Part shown: piece by piece, positions 38,833 to 52,537 of the stretch
How positions within the stretch are numbered: position 1 is the first letter of the stretch
Layout of the letters: every line of letters starts with the position of its first letter
NCBI GenBank assembly: GCA_046080425.1
Contig: JBJTTY010000100.1
Span: forward strand, 4,713-68,712
Length of the DNA stretch: 64,000 nt
Origin: Verrucomicrobiota bacterium
Lineage (GTDB): Bacteria > Verrucomicrobiota > Verrucomicrobiia > Opitutales > UBA953
Direction of reading: 5' to 3'
The notes under the pieces: generated by a model
Told to the model about the DNA's origin: nothing
The model's database searches: none
The model's input: only the letters and a program-made list of their open reading frames with translations
Translations under genes and position numbers: made by a program

Positions 38833-39876
38833 TCAGGGGGCCCGGGGCCGGATGACGGCGAAGGCGAGTTCGAGGAGGAGCAGGAGCAGCCCGGCGGCGA
38901 TCCAGGCCTGGCGGTGGCTGTCGTAGGTGACCGTCTCACGGATGCGCACCTCGGTGCGCTCCAGCCGGCCGATCTCCTCGTACACCTTCGTGAGCTGTCC
39001 GCGGTCGAGCGCGCGGTAGAAGCGTCCGTCGGCGACCGCAGCCATGCGCCCCAGCATCTCGTAGTTGGCTGGGTTGATGGTCTGCATTGGCACCGTCCGG
39101 CCGAGGACGTCACGGTAGATCTTGCCCGTGCTCACGTCGAACTGCGGCAGCACGGTGGGTTCGTCCTTGCCGAGGCCGATGGCGTAGAGGCGCACGCCGA
39201 GGGCGTGGGCGAGCTCCGCCGCAGGCAGGGGCAGGATGGCCTTGCTCATGTTGTCATCGCCGTCGGTGAGCAGGATGATGACCTTGGAGGACTTGGACGG
39301 CAGCGACTTCATGCGGTCGACGGCCATGGCGACGGCCTCGCCGATGGCCGTGCCGGTCTCGCGGATGGAGCCGATGTGGAGACGGCCCACGCTGGACTTC
39401 ACCCAGTCCTTGTTCACGGTGAGGGGGCTGAGCAGGTAGGGCTTGCCGGAGAAGACGACCGCGCCCACGCGGTCATCGGGGCGGTTGGCGATGAACTCGC
39501 GGATGACGTCCTGGGAGACGTCCCAGCGCGTGACTTCGCGTCCCTCGCCGCCCATGTCGAGGGCCATCATCGACCAGGAGAGGTCCACCACGAGCATGAT
39601 GTCGACGCCCTCCGACTCCCGTTCGATCTCGCGGTTGGGCGTGCGCGGTCCGGCCAGGGCCACGATGAGGGTCGCCGCGCAGAGCAGCCGCAGGAAGGCG
39701 CTCAGCGAGCCTGCGCCCGCCTTGACCGGCCGGGAGACCTCGGTCAGCAGCGAGGCGTCGGGGAAGAGCAGGGCGGAGGAGCGCGAGCGTCCGCCGCGGA
39801 GCCACGCGTAGAGCGGCAGGAGCGCAAGCAGCAGCAGCGCCCACGGCCGTTCGAAGTCTCCGAGGAACTCCGTCAT
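38833..39876 (-). CDS. batA: BatA-like VWA domain membrane protein
   Basis: 347 aa. N-terminal FERPWALLLLALLPLYAW, MIDAS VVDLSWSM, C-terminal TM segment. Confidence 0.85.
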   Translation of the reverse strand: MTEFLGDFERPWALLLLALLPLYAWLRGGRSRSSALLFPDASLLTEVSRPVKAGAGSLSAFLRLLCAATLIVALAGPRTPNREIERESEGVDIMLVVDLSWSMMALDMGGEGREVTRWDVSQDVIREFIANRPDDRVGAVVFSGKPYLLSPLTVNKDWVKSSVGRLHIGSIRETGTAIGEAVAMAVDRMKSLPSKSSKVIILLTDGDDNMSKAILPLPAAELAHALGVRLYAIGLGKDEPTVLPQFDVSTGKIYRDVLGRTVPMQTINPANYEMLGRMAAVADGRFYRALDRGQLTKVYEEIGRLERTEVRIRETVTYDSHRQAWIAAGLLLLLLELAFAVIRPRAP

Positions 39877-40364
39877 GACGCGCGGGCGAAGGCCCCCCTG
39901 GCCGCTTCCGCCCGGTCGACCGCCTCGCGCGCGGCCGCTGCCACGAGCGCGGGATCCGTCTCCGCCCCGGCGAAGCGCGAGGCGTCGGCGGCGCGCAGGG
40001 CGGCGATGAGGGGCTGGCGCGCGGGCATGAACTCGGGCAGCGAGCCGAGGCGGCGTTCGAGCTCCTCCGTCGAGAGGCCGGCCGGCGCGGCGGGCTCGAC
40101 CGACGCGACGTAGCGGCGCAGCGCGCCGGCGAGCGCGGTGAGCGCTTGTTCCGGCGGCAGCGCGAGGGCGGCGTCGATCGCGCGCCGCGTCTCGGCGGCC
40201 GGATCGGGCGACGCCGTCCGGCCCTTCCTCAGCAGCGCGAGCCCCCAGATGACGCCGCCGAGCAGGATGACGGCCGACCAGGTCCAGGGGGAGAGCAGGA
40301 GGCCCGGAGGCACTTCCGGCATCGGTCCCTTCAGGACGAAGTCCGCTGGCGCGTCGGGGCTCAT
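39873..40364 (-). CDS. DUF4381 domain-containing membrane protein
   Basis: 163 aa. Single TM segment WTWSAVILLGGVIWGLALL followed by RKGR. The canonical position between DUF58 and batA and 4-nt overlaps on both sides support the call. Confidence 0.7.
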   Translation of the reverse strand: MSPDAPADFVLKGPMPEVPPGLLLSPWTWSAVILLGGVIWGLALLRKGRTASPDPAAETRRAIDAALALPPEQALTALAGALRRYVASVEPAAPAGLSTEELERRLGSLPEFMPARQPLIAALRAADASRFAGAETDPALVAAAAREAVDRAEAARGAFARAS

Positions 40365-41269
40365 CGTCTGCGTCGGCGGCGCTCGAAGAACCGGGTGAGG
40401 GCCGGGGCCGCCTCCTCCTCGGGCTCCAGCCTGAGGACGTCGGCTCCGGTCCGGCCGAGGGCCGTGCCGATCTCGGTCAGGCGCGTCGCGGCGCGCTCCG
40501 CGAAGCGCGCCCGCACCCAGGCGTCGGAGGTGTCGACCTCCCGTTGCTCGCCCGTCTCGGCGTCCTCGAGGGCGACCACGCCCACGTCAGGGAGGGTGCG
40601 CTCGCGTTCGTCGAGCAGCTGGACGCACGCCGTCTCGTGGCGTGAGCCGAGCTCGCCGACCGCGGTGACCATGGCCTCGGTTCCGCCGGCTCCCGGCAGG
40701 AAGTCGGAGACCACCGCCACGAGCGAACGTCGGCGGAGCGCTCGGGCCAGGCGGCGGAGGGGCGGGGCGAAGTCCGTGCGACGGCTCACCGGGCGGAAGG
40801 AGAGCACCTCGCGGATGATGCGCAGCGCCTGGCGGCGGCCCTTGCGGGGCGGCACCCAGAGCTCCTCCCGGTCGGAGAAGAGCAGCAGGCCCGCGCGGTC
40901 GCCCGCGCGCAGCGCGGAGACGGCGAGGCAGGCCGCGACCTCGGCGGCGCGTTCGCGGAGCGTGGCGCGGCCGGAGCCGAAGGAGCCCGAGCCGGAGACG
41001 TCGACCGCGAGCACGAGCGTCAGCTCGCGCTCCTCGCGGTGCAGGCGGACGAACGGGCGTCCCGTGCGCGCGGTCACGTTCCAGTCCATCGTGCGCACGT
41101 CGTCGCCGGGCACGTATTCGCGCAGCTCCTCGAAGTCCGTGCCGCGTCCCTTGAAGCGGGACAGGTAGGCCCCGCTCATCGCGTCGTTCACCGCGCGGGC
41201 CGCGACGATCTCCACGCGCCGCGCGTCACGGAGCGCCTCCTGCGGGGTCGTCGGGACTTCGGCGGCCAC
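40361..41269 (-). CDS. DUF58 domain-containing protein (MoxR-associated)
   Basis: 302 aa. Block SRFKGRGTDFEELREYVPGDDVRTMDWNVTART is typical of DUF58. Confidence 0.85.
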   Translation of the reverse strand: MAAEVPTTPQEALRDARRVEIVAARAVNDAMSGAYLSRFKGRGTDFEELREYVPGDDVRTMDWNVTARTGRPFVRLHREERELTLVLAVDVSGSGSFGSGRATLRERAAEVAACLAVSALRAGDRAGLLLFSDREELWVPPRKGRRQALRIIREVLSFRPVSRRTDFAPPLRRLARALRRRSLVAVVSDFLPGAGGTEAMVTAVGELGSRHETACVQLLDERERTLPDVGVVALEDAETGEQREVDTSDAWVRARFAERAATRLTEIGTALGRTGADVLRLEPEEEAAPALTRFFERRRRRR

Positions 41270-41276
41270 GTTCGGC

Positions 41277-42242
<966 letters not shown>

Positions 42243-42320
42243 GGCGGGGATAAGAGGGCTGCGGCGGACCTCCGCCTGCGTGACTGTGAGCGGCGCCGGT
42301 GGGCACCGCCGTGCACTGAC

Positions 42321-44099
<1,779 letters not shown>

Positions 44100-44190
44100 C
44101 TAATACCCGCCTCGGGACCGGGGTCCGGGGTGGAGAGCCAGGTGCTCCCGCTTTTGATGGTTGGTCGTCCCAGTCCAGCCTTTCACGCGC

Positions 44191-44856
44191 ATGTCAGACT
44201 CCTCCTGCCAGGCCTGCCGACCGTCCTCCATCGGGAAGAAGGTCGTCATGGCGATCACCGGCCTCGTGCTGGCCGGCTTCGTGCTGGGCCACATGTCGGG
44301 CAACCTGCTGATGTTCAAGGGGCCGGCCGCCATCGACGCCTACGCCGCCTGGCTCCACGCCAACCCCCTCCTCATCTGGACTTCCCGGATCGTCCTGCTC
44401 CTCAGCGCCGCCGCCCACGTCTGGGCCGGCGTCACGCTCACGCTTGAGAACCGCGCCGCCCGGGACGGCGGGCCCTCCGTCGACGCCACCCGTCGCGCCA
44501 CCCTCGGCTCCCGTACCATGCCCTATACCGGCCTGGTTCTGCTGGCCTTCATCGTCTTCCACCTCCTGCACTACACCTTCCAGGAGGCCGCCCTCGGCGG
44601 ACAGAAGTTCGACAGCGTGTACCGCATGGTCGTGACGGGCTTCTCCTCCGCCCCGGTCTCCGTCTTCTACGTCGTGAGCATGCTGCTGCTCTGCCTCCAC
44701 CTGGGGCACGGCTTCAGCAGCCTCTTCCAGACCCTCGGCCTGCGCAATGAGCGCTGGCGCGGCCGCCTCGACCGCCTCGCCCTGGCCTACGCCTGGATCG
44801 TGGCGCTCGGCTTCGTCTCCATTCCCGTGGCCGTGCTCGCGGGCATCCTCAAGTGA
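44191..44856 (+). CDS. sdhC: Succinate dehydrogenase / fumarate reductase cytochrome b subunit (b558 family, single membrane anchor)
   Basis: ATG at 44191 gives 221 aa with 5 predicted TM helices. His-containing blocks ([28 protein letters not shown]). Precedes sdhA with a 4-nt overlap. Confidence 0.85.
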   Translation: MSDSSCQACRPSSIGKKVVMAITGLVLAGFVLGHMSGNLLMFKGPAAIDAYAAWLHANPLLIWTSRIVLLLSAAAHVWAGVTLTLENRAARDGGPSVDATRRATLGSRTMPYTGLVLLAFIVFHLLHYTFQEAALGGQKFDSVYRMVVTGFSSAPVSVFYVVSMLLLCLHLGHGFSSLFQTLGLRNERWRGRLDRLALAYAWIVALGFVSIPVAVLAGILK

Positions 44857-44861
44857 GCTCC

Positions 44862-46790
<1,929 letters not shown>

Positions 46791-46795
46791 CCGCC

Positions 46796-47602
46796 ATGGC
46801 CGCCGACACACCCGAACGCACCCTGCGCCTCAAGCTGCGCGTCTGGCGCCAGCGCGCCGGCAGCCCCGGCGCCTTCGAGGAGCACGAGCTCGCTGCGGTG
46901 CCCGTCACCGCCTCGTTCCTAGAGATGATGGACATGCTCAACGAGCAGCTGGTCCGGCAGGGCCGCGAGGCCTTCGCCTTCGACCACGACTGCCGCGAGG
47001 GCATCTGCGGCATGTGCTCGATGACGATCAACGGCATGCCGCACGGGCCCATCCCGGGTGTGACGACCTGCCAGCTGCACATGCGGAACTTCCGCGACGG
47101 CGAGACGATCACGGTCGAGCCCTGGCGCGCCCGCGCCTTCCCGGTCCTCAAGGACCTCGTGGTCGACCGCTCCGGCTTCGACCGCGTGATCCAGGCGGGC
47201 GGCTTCATCACTGTCCGCACGGGCTCGGCGCCCGAGGCCAACAGCACGCCGGTGCCCAAGGCGGTCTCCGACGAGGCGATGGACGCCGCGGAGTGCATCG
47301 GTTGCGGCGCCTGCGTGGCCTCCTGCAAGAACGGCTCGGCGATGCTCTTCGTCGGGGCCAAGGTCACCCACCTCAGCATCCTGCCCCAGGGCCAGCCGGA
47401 ACGCGAACGGCGCGCGTTGGCCATGGTCAAGGCGATGGACGAGGCCGGCTTCGGTAACTGCACCAACTACGGCGAGTGCCAGGCGCACTGCCCGAAGAGC
47501 ATCACGCTCGACGTGATCGCCCGGCTCAACCGCGAGTACGTGCGCGCTCGGGTCAAGGAGTTCTTCTCCACCACCGGCAAGCCCCGCAAGGGCGGCGACT
47601 GA
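46796..47602 (+). CDS. sdhB: Succinate dehydrogenase / fumarate reductase iron-sulfur subunit
   Basis: ATG at 46796 gives 268 aa. Cys clusters [17 protein letters not shown] and [12 protein letters not shown]. Confidence 0.9.
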   Translation: MAADTPERTLRLKLRVWRQRAGSPGAFEEHELAAVPVTASFLEMMDMLNEQLVRQGREAFAFDHDCREGICGMCSMTINGMPHGPIPGVTTCQLHMRNFRDGETITVEPWRARAFPVLKDLVVDRSGFDRVIQAGGFITVRTGSAPEANSTPVPKAVSDEAMDAAECIGCGACVASCKNGSAMLFVGAKVTHLSILPQGQPERERRALAMVKAMDEAGFGNCTNYGECQAHCPKSITLDVIARLNREYVRARVKEFFSTTGKPRKGGD

Positions 47603-47636
47603 CGCGGGCGAAGTCCGCCTGGGCCTCCTCCGCCCC

Positions 47637-48374
47637 TCAGTCGGCCGTCTCGACGTCGCCCGAACGCAGGATGACGCGGTTGTTGCCGGTCGCCTCGCGC
47701 ACGGCGGTCAGGAAGGCCGACGTTCCGGACGGGTCGCGCAGGACGACGTCGTAGGAGGCCTCGAGCTGCAGGCCGGCCTGCACGTTCTCCAGGGACCGCA
47801 GCTCATGCCGCGCGAGGTGCGCCGCGAAGGCGGGGGCGAGCAGCGCGCCGGGGTCCTGGTCGGCGCCGAGGCGCACGCGCAGGCGCAGGGTCGCCGGCGC
47901 GGCGGCGAAGAGGTCCGCCCGGGAGAGCAGCAGCGCGAGTCCGCACACGGCCGGGACGGTGACGAGCGCGAGGACGTACTGCCGCGCTCCGACCGCGAGG
48001 CCCGCGCCCATGGCGAGGAAGACGAACGCGATGTCGCGCGACTGCCGCACGGTGCGGCGGAAGCGGATGATGGAGAAGGCGGCGAACATACCGAAGGCGG
48101 CGGCCGCGTTGCCCGAGACGACCATGATGGTCAGGGTCACGACGGTGCCGAGGATCACGAGGGTGTGCACGTAGTCCTGGGAGTAGCGCTCCGGGCCGCA
48201 CACGGAGCGGTAGGTGCGCGCGACCAGCGCGCACAGCCCGAAGCTGAACAGGATGGCGAAGAGAATTTCGAACACCGCGGGGGAGGGCGCGCCGAAGGAC
48301 TTCGGGATGAGCAGCGCGTGCAGGCGCTCCTCGAGGTTCGGGGCCTGGGCGATGAGGTTCGTGATCAGTTGCAT
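47637..48374 (-). CDS. DUF4956 domain-containing membrane protein
   Basis: 245 aa, multi-pass. The block AAAFGMFAAFSIIRFRRTVRQSRDIAFVFLAMGAGLAVG matches my memory of the DUF4956 core. 10-nt overlap with the VTC gene. Confidence 0.8.
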   Translation of the reverse strand: MQLITNLIAQAPNLEERLHALLIPKSFGAPSPAVFEILFAILFSFGLCALVARTYRSVCGPERYSQDYVHTLVILGTVVTLTIMVVSGNAAAAFGMFAAFSIIRFRRTVRQSRDIAFVFLAMGAGLAVGARQYVLALVTVPAVCGLALLLSRADLFAAAPATLRLRVRLGADQDPGALLAPAFAAHLARHELRSLENVQAGLQLEASYDVVLRDPSGTSAFLTAVREATGNNRVILRSGDVETAD

Positions 48375-49075
48375 GGGTGAAGGGGATTCGCGGCGACCAT
48401 CCCGGCGGCGTATTTGCTGAAGGGGCGGGGACGAATCCCAAGCCGCGCGAGCAGGAGGGCAATCTCCAACGGCACGGCGCCTTCGCCCTTCACCTCGAGG
48501 ACCAGCCGGTCCTCGTCGAGGGCCCGCCGGGCGAACGCCCGGTCATCGGGCGTCGCCCGGAGGTCCTCGTGACGGACCATGAGGTCGCGGTCCAACGTCA
48601 GGCGGAGGGGGCCCAGGGACCACGCCCTCCGGTCATAGCGCATCAGGCAGGCGGGTCGCAGACCGGCGCGTCGGGCGAAGCCGGCGATCTCCGTCGCCGC
48701 CGCGCGCTCCCCGGGCTCAAGGTCGGCGGCGGCATCCGCGTCGCCGCAGGCCAGCGCCGCGCAGGCGGCCGCGGCGCCCCTGGCGCGGACCTTGGCTCCG
48801 TCCGGGCCGTCACGGCGCTTGAGTTCGACGAAGGTCGTCGGGGCGATGCGCCCGTCGGCGCTGCCGTAGCAGCGCACGCGCACCTTGCTCCGGAAGGGCG
48901 CCCCGCGACGCTGGGCCTCGAGGGCGGAGAATTCCGTGCAGTCGTGATAGAGCGTGAGGACGGGGTAGGATCCGCCGGCGGTCGCGTCGGGAATGAGCGA
49001 CGGCCCGAGCGCCGACACGAGGGCGTCGGCCTGGGGGGCGCTCACGATGAACTTGTGCTCGAAGCGCGCGGACAT
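48365..49075 (-). CDS. VTC domain-containing protein (polyphosphate polymerase-like triphosphate tunnel fold)
   Basis: 236 aa. N-terminal MSARFEHKFIV (R-x-E-x-K-F strand typical of bacterial VTC/CYTH-like proteins) and C-terminal VLEVKGEG...FSKY block. Confidence 0.8.
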   Translation of the reverse strand: MSARFEHKFIVSAPQADALVSALGPSLIPDATAGGSYPVLTLYHDCTEFSALEAQRRGAPFRSKVRVRCYGSADGRIAPTTFVELKRRDGPDGAKVRARGAAAACAALACGDADAAADLEPGERAAATEIAGFARRAGLRPACLMRYDRRAWSLGPLRLTLDRDLMVRHEDLRATPDDRAFARRALDEDRLVLEVKGEGAVPLEIALLLARLGIRPRPFSKYAAGMVAANPLHPCN

Positions 49076-49078
49076 CGC

Positions 49079-50650
49079 TCAGGGCAGGCGGACGAGGGAG
49101 ACGGTCGAGCGGTCGATCCAGGCTTCGCCGCCGCCGGCCTTGAGCTCCATCACCAGCGTCGGCTCCCCTTCCTCGGCCACGACGAAGTCGGCGCTCACCG
49201 AGCGCCACGTCTGCGTACCGGTCAGGGATTTCACGGCAGGGTCCTCGGACTGGCCGGAGAGACGGATGCGGAAGCCGGGGCCCTTCGCCGGATCGGCCCG
49301 CACCTCCTTGGTGCGCACGCCCGCGGTGATCCGGTATCGTCCGGCCGGCAGCGCCAGCTGCAGCCGCCAGTCCGCTCCGCCTTCGGCGTCGACGCCCAGA
49401 CGGAGGGTGCCACGGCCGTCGAAGTCGGGCTCATTCGCCTTGGCGTCCTTGTCCGTCGAGCGGGTCCAATGGTAGCTTCCGAGGGCGACCGCGCCTCCCG
49501 CGCGACGCAGGCGGGAGGCGTCATCGAGCTGCTGACGGACATGCTCCAGCCGGCGGCGGATGCTTTCGGAGGCGTCGCGGCCGCGGTCGGCGAAGCGCTT
49601 GGACTCCTCCACGGAGATCGGGCGCAGCCGGAGCTGCACGGCCTCGGCGACGACGAGCGCGCGCTTGGGCCAGTCGACCGGACGCAGGGCGCGTTCGTAC
49701 ACCTGCGTGAACTGCTCCCGGTAGCGGGCGCGGATGGCCGGGTAGGACCACAGCGCGTCCGGCACGAGTCCGCCCGGCCGGCGGAACACGTACCAGCGGT
49801 CGTCGCCGAAGACCTGGTCCATGCCGTGCAGGATGAAGTGGAAGCGGCCGTCGGTCCGATTCTCGTAGATGCGGTAGTTGTTCCGGTTGAACGAATAGCC
49901 GTCCCAGTGGCAGAAGACCTGCTCCATCGCGAGGTGCCGCAGGTAGGCGTCGACGTCCACGACGGCGTTGAGGCGCTCGGCGCGCTTCGCCGGATCCTGC
50001 TCCTGGCAGGCGCCGATGAGCTCCATCAGCCGCCGGTTGTCCTTGGGGTCACCCCGGTCGACCTCCATGTCGGGCCGGATGTCCGCCACGAAGCCCCCGT
50101 CGTAGAGGTGGCCCTTCGTGTCCTTGAAGAAGTAGCCGAGGAACTCCGCGTTGAAGCCCTCCTTGAGCACGTAGGGCCCGAGGGCCTTGCCGTTGAGCGA
50201 GACCCAGGCGTGCGTGCAGCGCGACGCCGGCACGCCGGCCTTGCGGGCCATCTCGCCCGCGAGCAGCTCGAGCAGCATCGAGCCGTCCTGCGCGCAGTTG
50301 TTGAGCTGGAACTTCCCCAGCCCGCGGAACTCCTGTTTCTTCTGGGTCTTGTCGGTGCGGATGGAGAAGCCGGGCCGGGGGTCGGTGATGGGGCGGAAGC
50401 TGCCGGCGGAGCCCTTCAGCTTGATGTGGCAGTCCTTGAGCGTGGCGCCGCCCTGTTCGGCGAGGACGAAGTCGACCCATGCGCGCGGATCCTTCTCCAG
50501 CGCCTTCAGGGCGCCGGGGTCGAGACGGAGGTCGATCCGGGGCAGGGCCCCGGCGAAGAGCGCGTCAGGCGAGACTTCGCCCGGAGCCTGCTGCGCGACG
50601 AGGCGCGTCGCCGCGAGGGCGGTCAGGAGGGCAGGGCGGAGCGCGCTCAC
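49079..50650 (-). CDS. CotH family protein (atypical kinase fold), secreted, with C-terminal beta-sandwich-like domain
   Basis: An in-frame GTG at 50650 gives 523 aa starting VSALRPALLTALAATRLVAQQ (signal-like). Blocks FQLNNCAQDGSMLLELLAGEMARKAGVPASR, HLYDGGF, HWDGYSFNRNNYRIY and HGMDQVF are CotH-typical. The upstream part of the 951-aa track ORF is antisense of the GH20 gene. Confidence 0.85.
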   Translation of the reverse strand: MSALRPALLTALAATRLVAQQAPGEVSPDALFAGALPRIDLRLDPGALKALEKDPRAWVDFVLAEQGGATLKDCHIKLKGSAGSFRPITDPRPGFSIRTDKTQKKQEFRGLGKFQLNNCAQDGSMLLELLAGEMARKAGVPASRCTHAWVSLNGKALGPYVLKEGFNAEFLGYFFKDTKGHLYDGGFVADIRPDMEVDRGDPKDNRRLMELIGACQEQDPAKRAERLNAVVDVDAYLRHLAMEQVFCHWDGYSFNRNNYRIYENRTDGRFHFILHGMDQVFGDDRWYVFRRPGGLVPDALWSYPAIRARYREQFTQVYERALRPVDWPKRALVVAEAVQLRLRPISVEESKRFADRGRDASESIRRRLEHVRQQLDDASRLRRAGGAVALGSYHWTRSTDKDAKANEPDFDGRGTLRLGVDAEGGADWRLQLALPAGRYRITAGVRTKEVRADPAKGPGFRIRLSGQSEDPAVKSLTGTQTWRSVSADFVVAEEGEPTLVMELKAGGGEAWIDRSTVSLVRLP

Positions 50651-50682
50651 GGCGTTCCATCCTGCGCGCGGCCCCGGCGCAG

Positions 50683-52431
50683 TCAACGGCGCTTCGGTTC
50701 CCCGAACAGCAGCGCGCAGCTTTCGTCGAGGCCGCCCGGACGGCAGCGCCGCAGCCAGACCTCCCGGTGCCGGGCGAGCAGCGAAGCCCGCTCGTCGGAC
50801 GGAAGTCCGCGGCCCAGCGCGCGCCGGAATCCGGCGGCGGCGAGATCGACGCCAAGCGTCAGTTCCTCGCGTACGCGCCGATCGGAGATGCCGGCGGCCG
50901 CGGCGCGGCAGCGGTCGAGATGCGCGAGCGAGGCCTCGGCCTCCTCCGCCTTCACGCCCTCGAGGTGTCCCGGCAGCGCCTCGGGCGCGCAGGTGAGGAA
51001 GTCCCAGGAGAGGCTGCGGTTGCGCACCGACTTCGCCGTGAGCCCGTCCAACGTCCCCATGAGGCGCAGCGTCTCGGCGGCCGCGGCGCCGTCGGCGGCG
51101 GAGAGGCCGCCCAGGACTGAGCATCCGCGCGCGTGGTCCGGCGAGAGGTTGGCCGTGAAGCGCCAGGCCATCGCGAGTCCCGCCGTCATCGGCAGCCATG
51201 ACGTGGGCCAGGGCTGGTGGTGGCCGCCGTCGCCCCAGGTCGTGGTGAGCGTGCCGCGCGCGCCGTGCCGCAGCGCGGCGGCGCAGGCCTCCGCCTGGTT
51301 GGTGAGCGCGTTGTCCAGCCGACCCGTGAAGCTTTGCCAGGCCGAAGTGCCTGGAGCGGCGATGAATTCGCGCCCCAGCTCCCTCAGCCGGCCGCATTGG
51401 GCGTCGAACGGATGGCCGGCGTCGTAGCCCCACACCACCGGCGTGGCGTCGGCGGGCGCGTCCTGCGCGAGCGCGGGCTCCTCCATCAGGATGTCGGCCC
51501 AGAACATCGGACGACGTCCCCGTTCCGCGGCCAGCGCGCAGATCTTCCGCAGGTGTTCGACGTAGACGCGCCGCTTGCCCCGCGACGCCACCGCCTCCTT
51601 GCTTCGGCCCTGGCCGAGCTCCCACGGTTCGTCGCCGCCGACGTTCACCTGGCGGCTGCGGAAGTGCGGCAGCAGCCCGTCGAGCAGCCCGCCGACGAAC
51701 CGGAGCGAGGCCTCGTCCGGGAAGAGCGTGCCGGGGACGGGCTTGAACTGCCCCGTGAGCGGGTGCGTCCAGCCGTCGGGGCATTCCGCGAGCGGACGGT
51801 AGCGCGCGTGACGCAGCCATCGTTCCATGTGCCCGAACGTGTTGAGGTTGGGGACGAGTTCGATGCCGCGGGCGGCGCACGCGTCGTCCAGTTCCCGCAC
51901 CTGCTCCGGCGTGAGCGGCGAGGCTTCGCGCCACGCGTCCTCATGCCCCGGGAAGGCGAACGCGTGCTCCACGTAGAGCTGGAGCTGGTTGGCGCGCAGC
52001 GCGTGCAACCCCTCCACCAGCGCGAGCAGCTCCTCCTGCCGGGGGATCCGCAGGCGTGAGACGTCGAGCATGAAGCCGCGCACGGGCAGGTCGGGCCCGT
52101 CGAGGATCTCCAGCTTCGGCAGCGCGTCGGGATTCTGCGCGTGGATCTGGCGGAGCGTCTGCGCCGCGTAGAGCGAACCGCGGGGGCCGCCCGACCTCAC
52201 GTGCACCCCGGCGGCGCCGACCTCGATCCGGTAGTCCTCCTCGCCGAGCGAGCCGTCGCGCTCAAACCGGCAGGCGCCCCCGCCCCAGGCCTTGTCCGCC
52301 TCGTCGACCGTGCGGGGCAGCGTCTCGAGGAACCGGCGGGTCGGGTGCGGCGCGGGCGGGACCTGCAGGAACCCTCCGAGCAGGGTCAGTTCCCGCGGAC
52401 GGGGCAGCAGCACGGGCAGGCTGGCGCGCAT
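50683..52431 (-). CDS. Glycoside hydrolase family 20-like protein (beta-N-acetylhexosaminidase family)
   Basis: 582 aa. VRGFMLDVSR, LQLYVEHAF and VNVGGDEPWELG (GGDE catalytic pair context) blocks. Confidence 0.75.
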   Translation of the reverse strand: MRASLPVLLPRPRELTLLGGFLQVPPAPHPTRRFLETLPRTVDEADKAWGGGACRFERDGSLGEEDYRIEVGAAGVHVRSGGPRGSLYAAQTLRQIHAQNPDALPKLEILDGPDLPVRGFMLDVSRLRIPRQEELLALVEGLHALRANQLQLYVEHAFAFPGHEDAWREASPLTPEQVRELDDACAARGIELVPNLNTFGHMERWLRHARYRPLAECPDGWTHPLTGQFKPVPGTLFPDEASLRFVGGLLDGLLPHFRSRQVNVGGDEPWELGQGRSKEAVASRGKRRVYVEHLRKICALAAERGRRPMFWADILMEEPALAQDAPADATPVVWGYDAGHPFDAQCGRLRELGREFIAAPGTSAWQSFTGRLDNALTNQAEACAAALRHGARGTLTTTWGDGGHHQPWPTSWLPMTAGLAMAWRFTANLSPDHARGCSVLGGLSAADGAAAAETLRLMGTLDGLTAKSVRNRSLSWDFLTCAPEALPGHLEGVKAEEAEASLAHLDRCRAAAAGISDRRVREELTLGVDLAAAGFRRALGRGLPSDERASLLARHREVWLRRCRPGGLDESCALLFGEPKRR

Positions 52432-52537
52432 CCCGTGAGGGTTGGGGAGGGCGCCTCGCCGGGCAAGCCGCCATCCGCGGTTCCCGCTTGGAGTCTCCGC
52501 CGTGTCCGCCTAAATCTCCCTTCTCACCCCGCCCCCG

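Noticed and set aside
48377-51427. 1016-aa + strand ORF antisense to the VTC, CotH and GH20 genes
   Set aside because: Same GC artefact. It crosses two intergenic gaps of the real genes and ends in Ser/Arg/Ala-rich low-complexity sequence.
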